Source of the DNA: Candidatus Aceula meridiana
GTDB lineage: Bacteria > Omnitrophota > Gorgyraeia > Zapsychrales > Aceulaceae
DNA length: 64,000 nt
Assembly (NCBI GenBank): GCA_030765185.1
Contig: JAVCDE010000003.1
Span: 64,038-128,037, forward strand
Reading direction: 5' to 3'
Within the stretch, counting starts at the first letter, position 1; each line of letters begins with the position of its first letter. Both the position numbers and the translations under genes were made by a program. The notes beneath the pieces are model-generated. The model made no database searches. It saw only the letters and a list, made by a program, of their open reading frames with translations, and was not told where the DNA came from. This document shows positions 19,597 to 27,294 of the stretch, piece by piece.

Positions 19597-20805
19597 ATGC
19601 CAAAATTTAAATATGTTGCTAAAGATGAAAATGCAACAACTGTTACTGGTAAAGTTTCGGCAGAAAATGAAGATGCCGTTATCAAGGAACTTCGTAAACG
19701 AGATTTAATTGTTATTTCTGTTAAAGAAGCTAAAGAATTAAATTTAAAGAATTTTTCTATTGGCCCTAGTAAAGTTAAGGGTGATGATTTAGTCATTTTT
19801 GCAAGGCAACTGGCGACAATGATCGAAGCGGGTATTCCTATTCTACAAAGCCTAGAAGCGCTAGAAGAGCAGATGAGTCATCCGTACTTTAAAGGGGTTA
19901 TTGCAGCTGTTCGCGAAGATGTTTCCGTTGGAAACAGTTTGTCTGTGGCCTTTGGTAAGCATCCTGATGTTTTTGATACTCTTTTTGTTAGTATGGTTAA
20001 AGCTGGTGAAACTGGAGGTGCTTTAAACGCCCTTTTAGACCGCATCGCCGGCTACATGGAGAAAACACTTAAACTTAAGCGTAAAGTTAAATCAGCTTTG
20101 GTTTATCCTATTGTTGTTATTAGCATGGCGGTTATTATTACGTTAGTTCTTTTAATTAAAGTTGTTCCGACCTTTAAAGAAATTTATGATTCCCTAGGCC
20201 ATGAGTTGCCGGGAATGACGTTGGTCTTAATTGCGATTAGTGAAAATCTTCGTGCAGGTTTCGTATGGGTCGTTGTTCTTCTGTTTGTTTTGGGTGTTGC
20301 TTTTGCTAATTATAAAAAAACAGAATCCGGAAGCCTTTTGATTGATAAGGCGATTCTTAAGGTTCCGGTATTCGGGTCTTTAATCACGAAGGTAGCGATT
20401 AGCCGTTTTAGCCGAACATTGGCAACGTTGATTCAAAGCGGGGTTCCTATTTTGATTTCGCTTGAGATTGTTGGAAAAAGTTCTGGTAGCCGAGTCATCG
20501 AAGTTGTTTCTGAGGATGTTTGTAATCATATTCGCGAAGGAGAAAGCATCTCTGAGCCTTTGTCAAAAAGTAAGGTTTTTCCGGCTATGGTTATTCGCAT
20601 GATATCGGTTGGTGAAAAAACCGGAAAACTTGAGACCATGCTCACCAAAATTGCGGAATTTTACGAAGATCAAGTCGATGCTGCTGTTGCTGGTTTAACA
20701 AGTATGATCGAGCCTTTGATTATCGGGTTTTTAGGAATTGTCGTCGGGTTTATTGTTATTGCGCTGTTTTTACCGATTATTCGCATGTCAACAATGATTG
20801 GATAA
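19597..20805 (+). CDS. pilC: type IV pilus platform protein PilC (GspF family)
   Basis: FARQLATMIEAGIP, AGETGG, KSALVYP, GEKTGKLETML, IEPLII. Confidence 0.95.
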   Translation: MPKFKYVAKDENATTVTGKVSAENEDAVIKELRKRDLIVISVKEAKELNLKNFSIGPSKVKGDDLVIFARQLATMIEAGIPILQSLEALEEQMSHPYFKGVIAAVREDVSVGNSLSVAFGKHPDVFDTLFVSMVKAGETGGALNALLDRIAGYMEKTLKLKRKVKSALVYPIVVISMAVIITLVLLIKVVPTFKEIYDSLGHELPGMTLVLIAISENLRAGFVWVVVLLFVLGVAFANYKKTESGSLLIDKAILKVPVFGSLITKVAISRFSRTLATLIQSGVPILISLEIVGKSSGSRVIEVVSEDVCNHIREGESISEPLSKSKVFPAMVIRMISVGEKTGKLETMLTKIAEFYEDQVDAAVAGLTSMIEPLIIGFLGIVVGFIVIALFLPIIRMSTMIG

Positions 20806-20823
20806 AAGGACACTATTATCGAT

Positions 20824-21867
20824 ATGCATTGTTTTCAAAAGAAGAGACTACTTCTGCTTTCTGTTTTCATTCTAACGGTTTTTTCTGCCAGTGAGCTCTA
20901 CGCACAATCAAGAGATTATCTTTCTATAGATGTTTTGGTGAGTAATTGGGAGAAGAATGTTTCCGAGCTTAAACAAAGCATGGAAAAACTTTCTCGCCAA
21001 AACGATGAAATTTTTTCTCAAAATGAACTTTTAGCCCAAGAAATCGATCGACTTAAGGCAGAACAGCAGGCTTTGTCTCAGGAGGGCGACACACTACTTC
21101 CTGAAAAAAATAGCTTAGAGAATTCTTTACAGACAAAAGAGGATATTATTGCTGTTTTGAAACGAGACATGAAGGCCTTAGAAGATAAGAAGGGTGCTTT
21201 TAGAGTCGGGATTCGAGATTTTCAGAATCAGGTTGAGAAAGAAGAAAAAAACGAAAAAGAGTTAAACGAAAGCATTGCTGCCTTGATGAAGGAGGTTGAG
21301 TCACTAGAAAAACAGCAATCGGCTCAGGCTAAAACGATTGACCAGGCCCTTAATAAGCAGGAAGTGAGAAAAGAGAAACTACAAGCTTCACTATCAGCAG
21401 CACAGCAAAAAGGGGCGGGTCTTGATACGCAGCTAGCTGGTCTTAAGCAAGAGATTTTATTCTCTTCAGCAAGGCTGAAATCATTAAAAAAGGAATCTCA
21501 AATTCTTCAAGCTGATCTTATTTCATTAAATGAAGATATTTCTATTGTTCTTGATAAGAAAGAGAGCTTAAAAGGAGAAAATAGAATTTTAAAAGAGAAA
21601 AAAGAAAATGTTGTTGAGCAGATTAGCGAAGAGATTCAAGCGGCACAAAATCAGAAAAATCAATTGGAGCAAACCTTAGCCCAGAAGAAGCAGGAGCTTC
21701 AAAGGCTCAACCGCGCGGCTCCCAGTGAGCGTATAAAAAATCTCCAAGACCAGTTCAAAGAACTTAAGACAGAAAATTCTTCGCTCAAAAGCCAGCTTGC
21801 TCGGCTCAAGAAAGCCCTATCGACTATCACCAAAGAAAAGCAATCTTTAGAAAATCTTTTCAAATAG
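20824..21867 (+). CDS. exported long coiled-coil protein
   Basis: Signal peptide ending LYA|Q followed by about 310 aa of heptad-rich K/E/Q/L sequence; no globular domain recognised. Confidence 0.8.
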   Translation: MHCFQKKRLLLLSVFILTVFSASELYAQSRDYLSIDVLVSNWEKNVSELKQSMEKLSRQNDEIFSQNELLAQEIDRLKAEQQALSQEGDTLLPEKNSLENSLQTKEDIIAVLKRDMKALEDKKGAFRVGIRDFQNQVEKEEKNEKELNESIAALMKEVESLEKQQSAQAKTIDQALNKQEVRKEKLQASLSAAQQKGAGLDTQLAGLKQEILFSSARLKSLKKESQILQADLISLNEDISIVLDKKESLKGENRILKEKKENVVEQISEEIQAAQNQKNQLEQTLAQKKQELQRLNRAAPSERIKNLQDQFKELKTENSSLKSQLARLKKALSTITKEKQSLENLFK

Positions 21868-21910
21868 GCCTTCCGTTGAATATCTATATAAAATTGTCAG
21901 GAATTCGCTT

Positions 21911-21939
21911 TAGCAGATTCTTTAAGAAAGTGCTATACT
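21911..21939 (+). promoter_or_regulatory. possible upstream pilin promoter (extended -10)
   Basis: TGcTATACT (21931-21939), weak -35 TAGCAG, inside an imperfect inverted repeat 21904-21948. Confidence 0.4.
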
Positions 21940-21980
21940 TTTAGCGAAGGGGTTGATAGTGGAATTTTAAGGAAAACCCA

Positions 21981-22009
21981 TTGACAAGTAGGGGAGGTGA
22001 GGATAAAAT
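21981..22009 (+). promoter_or_regulatory. strong sigma70 promoter of pilin 1
   Basis: TTGACA (21981-21986), 17 bp spacer, TAAAAT (22004-22009). Confidence 0.8.
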
Positions 22010-22017
22010 AACTTAAT

Positions 22018-22163
22018 GGATTAAAGCTTTTAAAGCTAGAGATTCGGGTCCCTGAATCATAAGAAAGCAACCCCAGCAAAACGGCATCATTCATTTTGTT
22101 ATTCTTTCTTTCAGGAGGCCTAAAAAGGCTTTGAGATGCTTGAATCTTAATCCTGGAAGGAGG
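22018..22163 (+). promoter_or_regulatory. structured 5' leader RNA of pilin 1 (candidate cis-regulatory RNA)
   Basis: Five nested helices and two side hairpins found by eye; ends next to SD AAGGAGG (22157-22163). Confidence 0.55.
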
Positions 22164-22171
22164 TCAGAAAA

Positions 22172-22270
22172 ATGAATAGAAAAGGTTTTACACTCGTAGA
22201 AATCATGATCGTTGTTGCTATTATCGCTTTGTTAGCAGCTATTGCTATCCCTAATCTTTTAAGGGCTAAA
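22172..22270 (+). repeat. 99-nt perfect direct repeat, copy 1
   Basis: Base-for-base identical to 22742-22840; flanking bases differ on both sides. Confidence 0.95.
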
Positions 22271-22570
22271 ATTTCTGCTAATGACGCATTAGCACAAAGC
22301 ACGCTTCGTACTGTATCCACTGCAGCAGAAACCTTCGGAACCGCCAATTCTGGAAATTATCCAACTGGTGGAGCCGACGACGCTGTTCTTGTGACAGCAA
22401 CTCCGCCTTACCTTAATCAATCGTATTGCGGAACAACCGTTTCTGGTTATACCTATTCTTGCGGCTTAGTTAGCACAGGATATACGGTTACAGCAACACC
22501 GGTTACCATTAATACAACCGGAACCACAACGTTCACCATTACAACTGGTGGCGTGTTGACAGAAGGATAA
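22172..22570 (+). CDS. pilA: type IVa major pilin 1
   Basis: MNRKG|FTLVE prepilin site, P22, C-terminal Cys pair; strong promoter, SD and terminator. Confidence 0.9.
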   Translation: MNRKGFTLVEIMIVVAIIALLAAIAIPNLLRAKISANDALAQSTLRTVSTAAETFGTANSGNYPTGGADDAVLVTATPPYLNQSYCGTTVSGYTYSCGLVSTGYTVTATPVTINTTGTTTFTITTGGVLTEG

Positions 22571-22588
22571 TTTTTTCCTTATGCACCA

Positions 22589-22623
22589 ATAAAAAGGGGA
22601 GCTTTTATAGCTCCCCTTTTTAT
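22589..22623. terminator. bidirectional intrinsic terminator after pilin 1
   Basis: AAAAA-GGGGAGCT-tttat-AGCTCCCC-TTTTT. Confidence 0.9.
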
Positions 22624-22741
22624 ATATGGTATAGATAATCTTCATGGGCTTTCAAAAAATAAAGATTTTTTCTTTTTTTCTTCTAATTCTCTTATAATAT
22701 AGGAAATGGTTATTTAACCACCATCGGAGAGCTAACATTAT

Positions 22742-22840
22742 ATGAATAGAAAAGGTTTTACACTCGTAGAAATCATGATCGTTGTTGCTATTATCGCTTT
22801 GTTAGCAGCTATTGCTATCCCTAATCTTTTAAGGGCTAAA
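22742..22840 (+). repeat. 99-nt perfect direct repeat, copy 2
   Basis: Identical to 22172-22270, offset 570 bp. Confidence 0.95.
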
Positions 22841-23131
22841 TCCGCCTCGAATGAGGCTATAGCTAAAAGCAATTTAAAAACTTTAGCAACAGCTTCAGAA
22901 ACTTATTCAATGGTCACAGGAGAATATCCACTAAATGAGGCAGCTTTAAAAGCTGCTACGCCGCCGTATCTTAATTCAGCGTATTGCGATAAAACTGTTT
23001 CTGGTTACGAATATACTTGCGATTTTAAGGATGATGGATCAGGATATACGGTGGTAGCTACTCCTGTTCCAGGAGGAGTCGCAGGGACAGTAACTTTTAC
23101 GCTTTCAACCGGAGGAGTGATGTCCCCTTAG
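22742..23131 (+). CDS. pilA: type IVa pilin 2
   Basis: Same first 33 codons as pilin 1; diverged globular domain keeping ATPPYLN and YC..TVSGY.Y.C. Confidence 0.88.
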   Translation: MNRKGFTLVEIMIVVAIIALLAAIAIPNLLRAKSASNEAIAKSNLKTLATASETYSMVTGEYPLNEAALKAATPPYLNSAYCDKTVSGYEYTCDFKDDGSGYTVVATPVPGGVAGTVTFTLSTGGVMSP

Positions 23132-23140
23132 GGGATTTTT
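23123..23140 (+). terminator. intrinsic terminator overlapping pilin 2 stop codon
   Basis: TCCCC-tta-GGGGA followed by TTTTT and a T-rich run. Confidence 0.6.
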
Positions 23141-23250
23141 ACTCTTTTCTTTTTTTTCTTGAACTTTTTAATTAATTATAGCGAAAAAAGATATTTCAGG
23201 TATAATAAGTTTAAATTATTATACTTAAATAAATAACAGAATTAATATAT

Positions 23251-24330
23251 ATGCATCGTTTTTTAGAGCAATATTTTGGAATCATTAAAAAGTTTCTTCC
23301 CACCCAGTCCGAAGAATCCTCTGTCGGGATTGATATTGGAGTAAGTTCATGCAAGCTTGTTGAACTTGTTGCCAGCCCACTTTCTTTGAAAGTAAAAAAT
23401 TGGGGTATTCTGCCTGTTCAAAGCGGAGATGTTGCCAGTACGATTAAAAAACTACTTGCACAAACAAACGCTAGCCCTTCTAACGTCTATACAGCACTAT
23501 CTGGGCAAGGGACATTAATCCGCTTTATTAAGATGCCGAGAATGCCTTTAAATCAACTCCGGGAATCCTTATTGCTAGAGGCGGATAAATATTTTCCCTT
23601 TTCCAAGGACCAAGTTTACATGGATTGCCATATTCTTGATGATAAACGCGGAAAAGATAATAAAATGGAAGTTTTGGTCGCTGTTGCCAAAAGAGACCTT
23701 GTTAAGCAACGGCTTGACCTGATTGAATCTCTGGGGCTTAAAGGAGGCTTTATTGGGATAAGCGCTGTTGCGCTATCTAATGCTTTTAGCAAGATTCAGA
23801 AAATTTTAGGAAGCCGCCAGGGAGCTAATTTAAAAGATGTTAACAGAACAATCGCCGTTTTAGATATCGGTGAAGTCAAAAGCAGCCTTATTATTTTTGC
23901 CGAGGGACTTCCGCGATTTACGCGGGATATTTCTTTGGGAGGAAAAGACCTGACGCAAAAAATTAGCAATGTGATGGGGATCAATTTTTCTGAAGCAGAA
24001 AAAGTGAAGTGCGGCCCGAAAGGGAAAGAAGAGGATATTATCACAGCTTGTCATTCGACGCTTCTAAGTCTGGTTTCTGAAATCCGCTTATCGTTTGATT
24101 ATTTTACTTCTGAGAATAGCCAGGAAGTTAAAGCGCTTTATTTAATGGGAAGCTCATCAAAGATTCCAAAGATTGATGATTTTTTTGTCAAAGAATTAGA
24201 TTTGGCAGTAGAAAAATGGGATTCAGCGAAGGCTTTAGAGTTTGTAGATAATGTTTCTGCGGCTGAGTTTTCCGACCAGGCTAATCAACTAGGGGTTGCT
24301 TTAGGACTATCGTTATATTCTTATGATTAA
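23251..24330 (+). CDS. pilM: type IV pilus assembly protein PilM
   Basis: VGIDIG actin-like motif, LDIG..S, GGKDLT, AEKVK, VALGL; TATAAT at 23201-23206 upstream. Confidence 0.93.
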   Translation: MHRFLEQYFGIIKKFLPTQSEESSVGIDIGVSSCKLVELVASPLSLKVKNWGILPVQSGDVASTIKKLLAQTNASPSNVYTALSGQGTLIRFIKMPRMPLNQLRESLLLEADKYFPFSKDQVYMDCHILDDKRGKDNKMEVLVAVAKRDLVKQRLDLIESLGLKGGFIGISAVALSNAFSKIQKILGSRQGANLKDVNRTIAVLDIGEVKSSLIIFAEGLPRFTRDISLGGKDLTQKISNVMGINFSEAEKVKCGPKGKEEDIITACHSTLLSLVSEIRLSFDYFTSENSQEVKALYLMGSSSKIPKIDDFFVKELDLAVEKWDSAKALEFVDNVSAAEFSDQANQLGVALGLSLYSYD

Positions 24331-24928
24331 TATTAATCTTGTTCCAGAGTCGCTACAAAAAAAGAAAAAGTCTCAGTTTTTTAAGACGATTTTAAGAGAT
24401 ATTCCCCTAGAGATTGTCATTGGGGCCGCTGGAGGGATTCTTGTCTTGTTGGTGATTATGCACATTCTTTTGCAAGGAATAATTTCTGTACGATTCATTT
24501 CTCATGCTCGTTTGAGCGGCCAGTGGGCTTCTATTGCAGAGAAAAAAGGAGAAGTTGATGCCATTCTTCAAGAGCTCCAAGATTTGCGCAAAAAAATCAA
24601 TGATATTGAACAGGTAACAGTTGAAAAGCGAATTTCGTGGGCAGAAAAATTGAACTGCATTAGCGACAAAATTCCGTCTGGTGTTTGGCTGCAGAGGGTT
24701 TCTTTAGCATCAGATATTTTTTTGATCGAAGGAAGCGCAGTCTCAAGACGGCAAGATGAGATGATTAGCGTTGGTAATTTTAGTTCAAACTTAAAAAAAG
24801 AAAAAGATTTTATGAAAGGATTAGATGACATTGAGGTTAGCTCTATTCAACGCCGCATGGTGAACATTATAGAGGTTGCCGACTTTGTTATTTCTGTAAA
24901 ATTAGAAGATGAAGGATCTGACGAATAA
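24323..24928 (+). CDS. pilN: type IV pilus assembly protein PilN
   Basis: N-terminal ININLVP PilM-binding motif, TM, coiled coil, IPSGVWL. Confidence 0.88.
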   Translation: MININLVPESLQKKKKSQFFKTILRDIPLEIVIGAAGGILVLLVIMHILLQGIISVRFISHARLSGQWASIAEKKGEVDAILQELQDLRKKINDIEQVTVEKRISWAEKLNCISDKIPSGVWLQRVSLASDIFLIEGSAVSRRQDEMISVGNFSSNLKKEKDFMKGLDDIEVSSIQRRMVNIIEVADFVISVKLEDEGSDE

Positions 24929-25505
24929 GATTTTAGCCTATTTACCGCCATTAACGCAAAAGACAAGTTATTATGTCTTAGGAGGGGCTGTTGCTTTTGC
25001 CCTTTTGTTTGACTATTTATTTGTTATGAGTTTTCAGATTAGAGCCCTAAGGTCTTTAAATCCAAAAATTGCAACATTAGGAAAAGATCTTAAAGATATA
25101 AAATATCATTTTGAGCGAGTTTCTATCTATGAGGCAGAGGCTGCGAGGCTGAGAGAAAGGTTTAGTAAGGTAAAAACTAGTATTTTAACGAGGGAAGAAA
25201 TTCCAATGATTCTTGAGAATATTTCAAGAATCGCAAGTGGGTTGGGAGTTCAGATTGATCAAATTATGCCTTTAAAGGAATCTGAAGAACAGATGCTAGA
25301 GTCCGATGAGGCGATTTATTTTGCTGTGCCTATTTTTATTAAGGCTGAAGGTGGTTATCATGCCTTTGGGAAATTCTTTAATAGAATTGAAGAAGACCAA
25401 ACTTTTATGAATATTCAAGATTTCGATATTGTTAAAAGTAGTACTCATCCACGCAAACAGATGTCAAAATTTGTTATTATTATTTTTGTTAAGGAGGAAA
25501 AATAG
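24909..25505 (+). CDS. pilO: type IV pilus assembly protein PilO
   Basis: TM, coiled coil, EIPMILENI, GGYHAFGKFFNRIE. Confidence 0.88.
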   Translation: MKDLTNKILAYLPPLTQKTSYYVLGGAVAFALLFDYLFVMSFQIRALRSLNPKIATLGKDLKDIKYHFERVSIYEAEAARLRERFSKVKTSILTREEIPMILENISRIASGLGVQIDQIMPLKESEEQMLESDEAIYFAVPIFIKAEGGYHAFGKFFNRIEEDQTFMNIQDFDIVKSSTHPRKQMSKFVIIIFVKEEK

Positions 25506-25509
25506 GCTG

Positions 25510-25869
25510 ATGCATTTTAATAAGATGCTATGTTGTTTTATTTTTTGTCTTTTTGTGTTGGGTGGGCTATCCTTCGCCGAAGAGCAACCTTTTGTTTATG
25601 ATGACCATGGCCGGAGAGATCCTTTCTGGTCTTTAATCAGCCCAAGCGGAACGATTCTTAGTTATGACGTAGACCTTGATTTTTCTGATCTTACATTAGG
25701 AGGAGTCACTTATGATCCAAGAGGTAAGAGTGTGGCGATTATTAATAGTACGATTGTGAGAACTAACAAAGAAGTTGGTGGGTATAAAGTTATTGAAATT
25801 AAAAAGACTGAAGTTATTTTGCAGAAAGATGGGAAAATGTATACGCTGAGAATGCGAAAGGAGAGGTAA
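25510..25869 (+). CDS. pilP: PilP-like pilus assembly protein
   Basis: ATG 25510 preferred; signal peptide, YDDHGRRDPF motif, AIIN beta domain; lies between pilO and pilQ. Confidence 0.72.
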   Translation: MHFNKMLCCFIFCLFVLGGLSFAEEQPFVYDDHGRRDPFWSLISPSGTILSYDVDLDFSDLTLGGVTYDPRGKSVAIINSTIVRTNKEVGGYKVIEIKKTEVILQKDGKMYTLRMRKER

Positions 25870-25870
25870 A

Positions 25871-27286
25871 ATGGTAAAGAAATTAATGCTCGTAATATTG
25901 GCGCTAGGCTTAGTTGTTGCTTGGGCTTATGCACAAGAGCAAAATATTGAGCCTGTTATTCAATCGCAGGATACTATGGACGTAGCTGAAAGCGATGCAC
26001 TTTGCGAAGGTTGTGTAAGTTTAGATTTTCAAGGTGCAGACATTCGAAATGTTCTGCAGATCCTTTCTTATAAAAGTGGAGTTAATATTGTCGCAGGTCC
26101 AGAGGTTACCGGTCTGGTAACAATTCAGTTGACGAATGTTCCTTGGGAAGATGCATTGGAAGTTATCTTGGGCACGTATGGTTATGGGTACGAAGAGAAG
26201 GGAAGCATCTTGACTGTTACGACAATAGAAAATTTGAAGACGCACAGAGAAGATGCGATTCTTTTGGCAGACCAAGAACCGATAACGACAAAGACATTTG
26301 TTTTAGATTATGCTAACGCATCTGAAGTCATTCCCGCGATTGAGAAAATGTTAACTTCTAAAGGAAATTTAACTTTTGATCAAAGAACGAACATTATTAT
26401 TGTTACAGATACGTCAAGTAGTGTCCGCTCGGTAGCAGAAGTTGTTGACAGGCTGGACACCACGACACCCCAAGTTCTTATTGAAGCAAAGATTATCGAA
26501 ACCTCTCTCGGCGACCAAGAGAATCTCGGTATTGATTGGTCTCTTAAGGCAACTATTTCAGGTGCTGCAAGACCAACATACTATCCTTTTACAGAGGCTA
26601 GCGAAAATAAATATATGAAAGCCGCTGGAAGCACGAGCATGGATTTCCCTGTGCCGAATGAAGATTTGTTTTCTTTTGGAACATTAGACTTTTCAGAAGT
26701 TTCGGCTGTTATGGAAATATTAAAAAACCGATCTGATACAGAAATCTTATCTAGCCCAAGCATTGTTACACTAGATAATCAAATGGCACGTATTGTGGTT
26801 GGAAATCAATATCCTCTCCCGGAATATACATATAACGAAGAGCAGGCTAAACTTCAGGTTTCAGGCTGGGAATACAAGGATATTGGAATTATTTTTGAAG
26901 TTACGCCGCATGTTAATAATATAGGTTTTGTAACGTTAAAGATCGAACCTAAAATTACAGCAATTTTAGACTATGTTCAGGTCGAGAATACAAGCGTTCC
27001 GCGCCTTAGCACAGAAGAAGCCTCAACAAAAGTTATGATCCAAGACGGTCAAACGTTGGTTATTGCAGGCCTTATTAAACATCAGTTAGTGGATACACAG
27101 AAAAAAGTGCCTCTCCTTGGGGATATTCCGCTGTTAGGATTACTTTTCCGTAAGTCTGAGAAACAATTAAACAAAAGTGAATTGTTGATCTTTATTACGC
27201 CACATATTATTACGGAAAATATTCCTGATAATGCTGGCCTCTTAAGTGAAAAAATAGACGCCCTAAAAGTCCTAAAAGTAAAGTAG
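25871..27286 (+). CDS. pilQ: type IV pilus secretin PilQ
   Basis: Signal peptide, SLDFQGADIR, D.RTN.II, PQVLIEAKIIE, KVPLLGDIPLLGLLF, ELLIFITPHI. Confidence 0.93.
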   Translation: MVKKLMLVILALGLVVAWAYAQEQNIEPVIQSQDTMDVAESDALCEGCVSLDFQGADIRNVLQILSYKSGVNIVAGPEVTGLVTIQLTNVPWEDALEVILGTYGYGYEEKGSILTVTTIENLKTHREDAILLADQEPITTKTFVLDYANASEVIPAIEKMLTSKGNLTFDQRTNIIIVTDTSSSVRSVAEVVDRLDTTTPQVLIEAKIIETSLGDQENLGIDWSLKATISGAARPTYYPFTEASENKYMKAAGSTSMDFPVPNEDLFSFGTLDFSEVSAVMEILKNRSDTEILSSPSIVTLDNQMARIVVGNQYPLPEYTYNEEQAKLQVSGWEYKDIGIIFEVTPHVNNIGFVTLKIEPKITAILDYVQVENTSVPRLSTEEASTKVMIQDGQTLVIAGLIKHQLVDTQKKVPLLGDIPLLGLLFRKSEKQLNKSELLIFITPHIITENIPDNAGLLSEKIDALKVLKVK

Positions 27287-27294
27287 TTATTAAA

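Noticed and set aside
22018-22163. Known c-di-GMP riboswitch upstream of the pilin
   Set aside because: GCAAA and GGCCTAA words occur, but the GNRA tetraloop/receptor layout of class I and the kink-turn pattern of class II are not evident; kept only as an unknown structured leader
22172-22840. Invertible pilin switch, DGR or CRISPR explanation for the 99-nt repeat
   Set aside because: The repeats are direct, coding and only two copies. No invertase, reverse transcriptase or cas gene is in the window, and there are no adenine-specific mismatches
22172-23131. Electrically conductive (Geobacter-type) pilins
   Set aside because: Full-length pilins with Leu24 and Ala27 instead of aromatics, and only about 9-10 aromatic residues each
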